Assembly: GCA_964016885.1 (NCBI GenBank)
Contig: OZ024743.1
Span: 89,466,001 to 89,530,000, forward strand
Direction of reading: 5' to 3'
Origin: Eledone cirrhosa
Taxonomy: Eukaryota
Length of the DNA: 64,000 nt
Numbering within the stretch: position 1 is the first letter of the stretch; every line of letters starts with the position of its first letter. The position numbers were made by a program, and so were the translations under genes. Shown here piece by piece: positions 54,390 to 64,000 of the stretch. The notes under the pieces are model-generated. The model saw nothing but the letters and a program-made list of their open reading frames with translations. It searched no databases and was not told the origin of the DNA.

Positions 54390-56782
54390 CCTATCAATCT
54401 AGCAATCAGGCGAGCATATAAGCCAGATTGACTTCTTGCTAGTTAGGCAACGAGACAGACAGATGATTCCGAATACTAAGGCATACCCTGGAGGAGAATG
54501 TACCCCCCAACATAGGTTAGTCGTTAGTGACATCTTAATAAGCAAGAAACAGAATGAGACTCAGGAAGTATGGAAAAGGAAGGTCTGGAAGCTAAAAGAC
54601 CTTTCACTTAAATATAAATTTAGGAAAGCCCATCAAGATGTGTATGACGAGAAAGAAGACGAATTAGAATTGTATGACATAGAAGATAACTGAAGAGACT
54701 TGTGGATGGAACAAAGCCCTAACCAGACAGAGGGTGACTTGGTGGTGGAACATCACGGTAGATAGAGCCATTAAAGACAACAGACAAGCATGGAAGGATT
54801 GGGAAAATAGGAGTAGAGAACGATACTCAGCCGCTAAAAGAGAGGTTAGAAGTCAGGTATAGTTAGCACGCAGGGAAGCTGAGAGTAGGAGGTTTGCCAA
54901 TGTTCTGCGACGAGAGGATCAGAGACCTGAGGTGTTCCGCATTTCCAGGCAATGTGTCAGTGTAAATCAGTGTGTAAGTGTAAATTGTTGGAGATAAGTG
55001 TGTCAGAAATGATGCTGGTGCACTAAGCGTCACTGATGCTCAGAAAAAGGAGGCCTGGAACTGTCGTTATGAGAGACTGATGAATGTTGAGAATAAATGG
55101 GAGAGAAGAAACTAGCCCCAACAGACCCAACAGAGGGACCAGCTATTGAGATTGACGACTATAGGGTTAAAGAGGCAATTAAGGAAATGAAAAGTGGTAA
55201 GGCCGCTGGACCGTCAGGTATAGTTGCTGAGATGCTGAAGGCATCAGGAGAAGTAGGAACTAAACTGGTTGCACGCATAGTCAATCAAGTTATATGTGGC
55301 AGAATCATACCCAAAGACTGGTGCAGCAGTATTCTTGTAAATTGCTACACAGGTAAAGGGGATGCTCTGGAGAGGAGCAATTATAGGGGCATAAAACTGA
55401 TGGATCAGGTTATGAAAGTGACAGAATGGGAGCTAGCACAACTAATTAGAGAAAGGGTCAAATTAGATGAGATGCAATTTGGTTTTGTGCCTAGGAAATG
55501 TACAACAGATGCTCTCTTCTTTGTGATACAAGAGAGGTTCTTAGAGAAGTATAAGCCACTATATTTAGTTTTTGTTGACCTAGAGAAGGTCTTTGATAGA
55601 GTACACCGATCTGTCATCTGGTGATCCCCAAGGAAACTAGGTGTAGAGGAATGGCTTTTAAGGACGGTGCAAGCTATGTACAGAGGAGCTGTTAGTAAAG
55701 TGAGAGTAGGAATGTAGTTTAGTGAGGAATTCCAGATACAAGTAGGAGTTCATCAGGGTTCGGTCCTCAGCCCACTCTTATTCATTATAGTCCTCTAAGC
55801 CACAACAGAGGAGATTAAAACTGACTGCCCATGGGAACCTGTCTATGCTGACGATCTGGTATTTATAGCAGAATCAGTAGAGGAGCTAGAGAATAAATTC
55901 CGGCTATGGAAACAACAGTTGAAATCAAGAGGACTGAAGAGTTGAAAAGTAGAAACGAGGACAAAACTCTGATTCCACCAGGGAAATGGGCATGTTCGAT
56001 ATGTAGAAAAGCAGTTGACATAAACTATATAGAATGTACACAATGCAGATCTTGGGTACACAAGAGGTGCAGTGGGATAGCAGGCAAACTAACATAAAAG
56101 GAAAACTTATGTGGTAGATGCTCAAGGAAATTTGATAGTAAAAGTGTCAGTGATAGGCACATTTTTCAAATGCAGGTAGGATCTATAGAGGTGGTTGATA
56201 GCTTCCGATACCTAGGTGATCAGATTAGCAAGGGAGGAGGATGCTCCAATGCCATAGTATCTAGAATAAGGACAGGAAGGAAGAAGTTTAGGAAGCTGCT
56301 TCCTCTGTTGACAACGAAGGGTTTCTCCCTACGAACGAAAGGTCGGTTATCTGATGCTTGTGTGAGGAGCGCGATGCTGCATGGTAGTGAGACATGGGCA
56401 GAAACTGCGGAGGATATGCGACGGGTGGAGAGAAATGAAGTAAGCAAGCTCCGATGTATGTGCAGTGTAAATGTGCGTGAACGACCGAGCATAGATGAGT
56501 TGAGAGAGAAACTGTGTATAAGAGGAATAAACTCTAATATGCAGGAGAGACGACTGCGTTGGTATGGACATGTGCTGCGCATGGAATATGACCGCAAGGA
56601 AGATTCAGAAGAGGAAGACCACGAAAAACATGGGCAGAGGTGGTGAGAGCTGACCTCAGATCGCTGAAGCTCACAGACGTTATAACAAGGGACCGTGACG
56701 AATGGAGAGATGCTGTGCTGAAGAGGACCCGTCCCACCCTTGCAAGCGGGGAAAAGTGGACGTAAAATGATGATGATGATGA
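54390..56782 (+). mobile_element. Decayed RTE-clade LINE with a Cys/His (PHD-like) insert and (TGA)n tail
   Basis: SQIDFLLVR..QHRLVV (APE end), MKSGKAAGPSG, NYRGIKL, QFGF, FVDLEK, GVHQGSVLSP, YADDL, FRYLGD, HGSETW and RLRWYGHV. Confidence 0.9.
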
Positions 56783-56936
56783 ATAGTGGTAAGGAACTCC
56801 CAGGAGAGCTGGACAACGGAAAGTCTTCAGAGAAGAAACCCCACTCAAGTGAGTGTTTCGGCCCTTAACTTCTTACACTCTAAGGGGGCCGGGTCGCATC
56901 CATGTCATGACTTCTGGGTGCCCTTCTGCTGACGTT

Positions 56937-56979
<43 letters not shown>

Positions 56980-57616
56980 TATAATTGTTTCTACTTTTGT
57001 CACAAGGCCAGCAATTACCCAGTGTATTACTGGTACTTTATTTTATCGACCCCGTAAGGATGAAAGGCAAAGTTAACCTCGGCGGGATTTATATATATAA
57101 ATATATGATGTTAGAGAATGATTTCAGGGAGTTATCTGAGACCATAGGGTGTAAGGTGAAGCAGATATCAAGCTACCCAGCCCACTATTTCAAGTTACAG
57201 CAAACTGAAACCGCAACACTGGAGATATAAGTGACACACATTGGTTCAAGGTGCCACATCGTGGGACTGAACCCTAAAAGACAAACCACAGCGGAACTGA
57301 AGGGCAGCAACAATAAAATAATCAAAAAAGACAACGAAAAACAAACCCATAAAAATACAACAAAAAACCAGCCTGTGCAAGTGTCACGGAATATGCTAAC
57401 CATTTATATTATACGCCTATTGTTGTAGTTGGTGATGATGTTTTTATCGAGTTCTGTGTTGTGAAAGCTTTAATATGACTAGCGGCAAAATAAATTAATT
57501 AACGCCGCGCTGTCTAATTATGTGAACAGTAAAACCGCGTGAAGCTAATAAGACTTGTGTTTTTGTTTTTGCATCTTTGTGTTTGTCTTGTTTATTCTTG
57601 AACTATACGTACATAC

Positions 57617-57714
<98 letters not shown>

Positions 57715-57734
57715 ACACACATACATACACACGC

Positions 57735-57771
<37 letters not shown>

Positions 57772-58282
57772 TCGATGATCACTAGTAATGTTTTTCTATA
57801 GCTGCCTAATTTTTACTAGAGACTCAATTATACAGATTGCGACTAGGTCAGATAAGTGGTGACACCCGTGCACATATATATATACATACCTATGTACGTA
57901 CCTACCTACCTACCTACCTACCTACTTACCTACCTAAATACATACATACATACATACATACATACATACATACATACATACATACATACATACATACATA
58001 CATACATACATACATACATACATACATACATACCTGCCTGATATTGTATTTTGGAATTACAGATTGATAGGTGGTCAGTTGAGGAGGTCAGCTACTCACT
58101 CGACACTCGATGTTAGTTTAGTAAGATACAAAAAAGGTGGATATCATTGATGAGGAGTTTACGGATCCAGTGCCAAAACCGCCGAGGTTAACTTTGCCTT
58201 TCATCCTTACGGGGTCGATAAAATAAAGTACCAGTAATACACTGGGTTATTTGCTGGCCTTGTGCCTAACGTAGAAACAATT

Positions 58283-58548
58283 ATTATTGGAGATACAAGA
58301 TATATACCAACTAGCCTGGAACAAAGTAAAACTGAACTTGGATTCTTGGAGACAGAATGCAGCTGCTTAATTCATAAGCTCCACCTGTCAACGATATCTG
58401 GAGCCTTCAAAATCTGTTGAACGTTCTTATGATTCAAAGAATGAATGATTGCACGAGGGTGTGTGATTTTTTTCTTTTCTTTACAACCTTGGCCCCAGGA
58501 TGGTGGCCGGTCAAAAATAAACTCAAAATTACTAAAAGAAAACACAAA
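58283..58548 (+). mobile_element. 3' end of an RLE LINE (family B) with (TACA)n tail
   Basis: YIPTSLEQ..ELGF..IHKLHLSTISGAFKIC. The 3'UTR matches 35752-35893. Confidence 0.65.
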
Positions 58549-59259
58549 CATACATACATACATGATGATGATGACTGCCCCCTCGTTATCGAGTATGGCC
58601 ATTGCACGATATACCATTATTAATAGTTATTAATTAATTCTATCGTGCAATGCCTGTGCATGAAGATTTTTTTTCAGTGAGGAAAGTCTGTGCACTGAGC
58701 CAATCCCAATCTCTGAGCGACAGTAGCTATAACCCGAAAAGAAGAAAATATCAACATCATCGGTAACTACTGATATAAAACCTGCAGCTCACATACATAC
58801 ATACATACATACATACATACATACATACATACATACATGGTGGCTGCCAACTCGTTTTCGAGTACGGTCACTACTTTATATCCATGTAGGAGAACCCCTA
58901 CCGATGCGCTAAACAAGTGTGACTTTTTAGTCCAGCCACCGACTTGAAAACTCTGGTACAAACACTACACTTGTGACAATTATTGACACATAGTGCTGGG
59001 CCCATGGTACCATGTGACGACAAGTGCAGAGAGATCTCCAGATATAAAGCAATGCCTGTGCCGCAAAGCTTTTATAGTGAGCAAAGGCACTGCACAAAGC
59101 CAGTCCCACTCTCTTAACCAAGATGATATTTACCAAAAAGAAGAACAAGTCAACATCATTGGATACCATCAGGGTTGCAGGTGTTATACCACAGTTTTCC
59201 TTCTCCTAGAATTCTGCCTTGACAAAGGCTAAGGGGTCATACATACATACATACATACA

Positions 59260-59292
<33 letters not shown>

Positions 59293-59830
59293 TCATGCAT
59301 GCATGAATACATGGTCCCGTAATTCCTGACGGAGTCGTTGGGGCGCCGTATTGACATATGTTGTTTCTAGGACATTTTCTTTTAAATCTGGCGGAACCCA
59401 TCTCTCTGCATGTTCGAATACAGCACATTTCTTCCAGAGAAGGATAGACAGTGAGAGAATGGAAGTGAGGAAGAGGTATAGAGAAAGAATCGACCGTATT
59501 GAAAGAATGACAGTATTAGACTGGTACTTTTTTTATCGATCTGGAAAGGACGAAAGGAAAGTTGACCTCGGTGGAATTTGAACTCAGAGATCAGAGCCGA
59601 AACGAATACCGCAAAGTATTCTATCTGACGTTCTAAGACCTTTGTCAATTCGCCGCATACATACATGCATACATACATGCATATATACATGCATACCTAC
59701 ATGCATACATACATGCTTACATTCGCCGCCTACATACATGCATACATACACACACACATACATACATACATACATACATACATACATACATACATACATA
59801 CATACATACATACATACATACATACATACA

Positions 59831-60265
59831 GATACTCCACCCTGATTACACCTTCAGATTTATGCCTGTGATTATTGGGGCACTGGGATATATTAGTAGC
59901 TGCCTCAATACAAATCTTGAGAAGCTAGGCTTCACAGGAACAGAAAGAACAGAACTAGTTAGGAAATTACAAGTACAATCCATTAATGGAACAGTAAAAA
60001 TATGTAAGACATTCCGAAAATTTTGCATCCTATAACTGCATATACACATATACAGATGCAAAGCATATACACATGCACACATACAACTCAAAACACACAC
60101 ATTCACACATACAATAACATCCATATCTACACATGCATGCATGCATACATACATATCTACCTAGTTGATGTTGTGTAAATTCCAATGAGAGAGTCTTGTG
60201 TCTATGTTAGAAACCGACTCTCTCTCTATTGGTAAAACTTTGTGAAATTATAAAACCAGAAGAAC
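59831..60265 (+). mobile_element. 3' fragment of RLE LINE family A between (TACA)n tracts
   Basis: Highly similar to 62480-62880. Confidence 0.9.
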
Positions 60266-60310
60266 ATACATACATACATACATACATACATACATACATA
60301 CATACATACA

Positions 60311-60340
<30 letters not shown>

Positions 60341-60341
<1 letters not shown>

Positions 60342-62880
60342 TATTGCTCATACACTGCAACAAAAACATACGAAATAAGTGAGGGTACCCTTGAGACTGT
60401 GATAGGAAAACTCCAAGATAAGAAAACACCAGGAAGAGACATGATTGTCGGATACTGGTACAAAAACTGATATTCTATCGGAGGTATCTTACCGACCTCT
60501 ACCAACAAATTCTTAAGGGAGATACACTTATACCAGAATGGTTGACATTAGCACAAACATTACTGGTCCCCAAGAACAAAGACACCCACCTGACAAAAAA
60601 CTACCAACCCATTGCATGCCAGTACCTGATGTATAAAATGTATACAGCCTGCCTGAACCTATTCCTCCAAGATCACTGTGAAAATAATAACATCATCACA
60701 GATGAACAAGCAGCTGGAAAGAAAGGGGTTTGGGGATGTGCTGAACAACTTCTAATCAACAAAACTGCGATGTCGGAGGTGCGACAACTTAGGAGGAATA
60801 TGGCTATAGTCTGGCTGGACTACTGGAAAGCTTTCGATTCTGTTCCCCACTCTTGGATGATAGAGGCCCTCCGACTTGCTAAACTCCCAGACATTATTAT
60901 CAGAGCCATAGAGAAGCTGTCTTCTTCTTGGGCTAATATCCTAAAGTTAAAGACAGAGAAGGAGGACTCTATTTTCACTGATAAAATAAAATATCGCAGG
61001 GGTATATTTCAGAGAGACAGTCTCTGTGATATTATTCATCCTGTCATTAAACCCCTTGTCCCTTCTTCTCAAGAAATGTGAAGGATACATCATTGGCTCA
61101 CAGGAGGCAGAAATACGAACCTAACCTATAATTTCTTTGTGGATAATCTGAAACTCTATGCCAAGAACATGGATGAAGAAAAATCGTAACCTGGTTACAA
61201 CATTCTCAAAGGATATAGGAATGGGGTTTGTCCAAGATAAATGCTCATATATGACTGTAAAGCGGGGAAAAACAACAACCCAATCTAGCAACATTTGTAT
61301 CAATGGCCTAAGTGTTTCACCAATATCTGATGAGTACTACTACAGATGCCTGGGGATAGATGAGAACATATCCTATAATGGTATCTGTAATAAGGAACGC
61401 GTAACCAGGGAATACTACAACCGATTAAGAAAGATATAGTCATCGGAACTCTCTGCGCAGAACAAAACAGTAGCTCACAATGTGTTTGCTGTGCCTGTCC
61501 TAACACCAACTTTTGGAATACTCAATTGGACGATAGACGAAATCCGAGCGATTGATGTTAGAACTCGAACAATACTCAACAACACCGGAAACTTCCACAT
61601 CAAGAGTGAAATAGACCGCCTTTACTTGAAACGTAAGCGGGGAGGCAGAGGCCTAACATCAGTCCAGACAACATTTGAATGTCACAGTATATCCCTCCGA
61701 CAACATCTACGAACCTCAAAGCGTAGGAGCCCGTCTCTCGAGCAAGTCTATCTGCATGAGAGTTGGGAAGGAACTCCTCGAGAGGTATTCCCTGTGTGAT
61801 AATCAAAAACTCACACACAGGGAAGTCGTTCAGCAGTATCGCAGTGAATCCATGGATGAAAAGCTGCATGTTTATCAGCAAAAAAATAATGCATGGATAT
61901 GTTGCCAGGAAGCTCCAGAGTGAGAGTAATATAGATAAAGAAAGTAATCTATCTTGGACCAACGACAGTTATATTGGCTCCCACTTTGAAGGATATGCTT
62001 TTGCAATGCAAGAACAGGAAATCAACACGAAATACCTGATTCACAAAAGAGATAGGGATACAGGCAAAACACCTAGATGTAACAACAAATGCAGACTGCA
62101 GAATTAACATCGAAGATGTCACCCATGTCATAAGCAGCTGTCCAAAGATGTCATCGCGGTACTATCTACCTATGAGGCATGATGTAGTGGCCAAAACACT
62201 GTACAATACAATCCGTAGAAAAGATAGCCCCGATAATAAACACATTAAAAGCTACAGCAACGTGGAAGACATATACATACATAATATGAAAGAGTACTGG
62301 TGGAATGTTCCAGTAAAAAACCCAATAAAATGCAGGCATAACAGACCAGATATTATGATATGGGACAGGGAAAAGAAGGCATGCACAGTAGTGGAAGTTA
62401 GCTGCCCAGCAGATGCCAATATAATATCAAAGATTAGCGAAAAGGAGAATATTTATGCAGAACTGATGAGAAATCTGCAGATACTTCACCCTGATTATAC
62501 GTTCAGGTTTATGCCTGTGATTATTAGGGCACTGGGGTATGTTAGTAACTGCCTCAATACAAATCTTGAGAAGCTGGTCTTCACAGGAACAGAAAGAACA
62601 CAATTAGTTAGGAAATTACAAGTACAATCCATTAATGGAACAGTAAAAATATGTAAAACATTCCAAATTTTTGCATCTAATAACTGCATATACACATGTA
62701 CAGATACTAAGCATATACACATGCACACATACAACTCAAAACATCTACATCAACACATACAATAACATCCTTATCTACCTAATTGATGTGTAAATTCCAA
62801 TGAGAGAGTCTTGTGTCTAAGTTAGAAACCGACTCTCTCTCTATTGGCAAACATTTGTGAAATTATGAAATCAGAAGAAC
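60341..62880 (+). mobile_element. 5'-truncated, frameshifted R4/Dong-type RLE LINE (family A) between (TACA)n tracts
   Basis: KTPGRD, NYQPIAC, EQAAGK, WLDYWKAFDSVPH, RGIFQRDSL, FVDNLK, GGRGL, AMQEQE, CRL..HVISSC, RHD and RPDIMIWD..VEVSCP..EKENIY. Confidence 0.9.
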
Positions 62881-62939
62881 ATACATACATACATGCACAC
62901 ATGCATACATCAGCTAAGTCACATATTCACAAATCCCTG

Positions 62940-63700
62940 GGACCGTCATATCTCGAACAAAGAAGCCTTGTTCTTTTGTTAGTTACCAGCTTAAATAAAT
63001 CTTAAAGAAACACATATACACCTAGTTCTAGTTTTTGTGGAATTCTATACAAGATTCTGGTGTTAAGAACTGATTAATGTTTTTTCTGTAGCTTTTGTTT
63101 CTTATTGTTTTCTGTCTAGTTTTGTATTACAATGTGGTGTAATGACTGTTTGTAAATATATGCATGGTCAACCGATAAAAAAGTGTCGTAGTTATTTACC
63201 CAATATAACAGTTTGAGTTATGCAGTTTACAACCTTTATGTTTATATTGAAATTTGTATATTGCATTGGTTGTCTAAGTACGCTGTGTGGCTTTCCTGTC
63301 TGTGGTATCATGTTGATGAGAAACTTATACATTCTGATGTTCTGCGTGTCTGTGGTGATGTGCTATAAGTGTTGTATCCTGTTTTATGAGATTTAACACA
63401 TCTATTTTATAGCTAGAGGTATTTGGTTGATGTAGTATACTATTTTGTATGTTTTTATTGAGTGTTGTTGGTTTTTTTTATCCATGTTCAGCTCATCTCC
63501 AGATCTGTCTATAATATTCTGTGTTCGTCAGTGGCGTGGGGGATATATCATCTGGTGAAGAGAAACAACGTTGGAATCGATGGGCAGCCAACCATATCAT
63601 ATTGGGTGTTGTATCTGTGTGGGGCAACATTGTCCTTGTAGTCTACTAATAGAAGTTGGTATTTGTTATTTATCAATGCTTCATTAACTTTTTAGAATTT
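62940..63700 (-). mobile_element. Possible very old LTR-retrotransposon protease-region remnant
   Basis: Fragmentary frames TGKPHSVL, CNIQISI and KVVNCITQTVILG (retropepsin-like ILG). No catalytic DTG/DSG is seen. Confidence 0.25.
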
Positions 63701-64000
63701 CTTATTTAAATCTTCCGCAAGAAGAGGCAACAGTAATTCAACATAAAACACTACACCAGCGACCTGCAACTTCATTTTATAATGTCCTACTTCTTAAATT
63801 ATTTAAACATTTTTTATCCAGATTACAGATGTATACCGCAATGTAGCTTACGTACAAAAAATTGAAAAGATCCGAGTGCTATAGAAAACCCCTCAATAGC
63901 ACTCATGTGGGCCCAAGTCCACCTGTTACTGACTCTCGCAATACACGAAACAAAACAGGTGGTGAATTAGCAAGGTCATTAGACCATAGGGCAAAATGCC

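Noticed and set aside
56815-56895. Minus-strand GAAA-CACTCA..TGAGTG and CTGAAGA as a possible type II hammerhead
   Set aside because: It lacks the UH cleavage site and consistent stem I/II pairing.

Overview
Eukaryotic, repeat-saturated, apparently non-genic DNA. The microsatellite density and the dominant tRNA-derived SINE resemble an octopus/cephalopod genome (inference). No host protein-coding exon can be supported. Nearly all ORFs in the supplied track are microsatellite translations. The real coding remnants are all transposons: several R4/Dong-type RLE non-LTR families (one 5'-truncated copy has an uninterrupted 642-aa RT-CCHC-RLE ORF), Tx1/L1-clade LINEs, RTE-clade LINEs, a Penelope-like GIY-YIG element, a mariner fragment, hAT- and Tc1-type MITEs and a probable solo LTR. 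Three patterns stand out. (1) About a dozen degenerate hammerhead-ribozyme (HHR) motifs from Penelope-type pLTRs sit mostly beside (TA)n tracts, and several form near-perfect palindromes folding back at or beside the ribozyme core. (2) Retrotransposon families appear partitioned among microsatellites: RLE elements in (TAA)n or (TACA)n, and Tx1 elements in (TATC)n or (ATT)n. (3) The dominant SINE's 3' end resembles the 3' end of the local Tx1 LINEs. All coordinates and alignments were read by eye.
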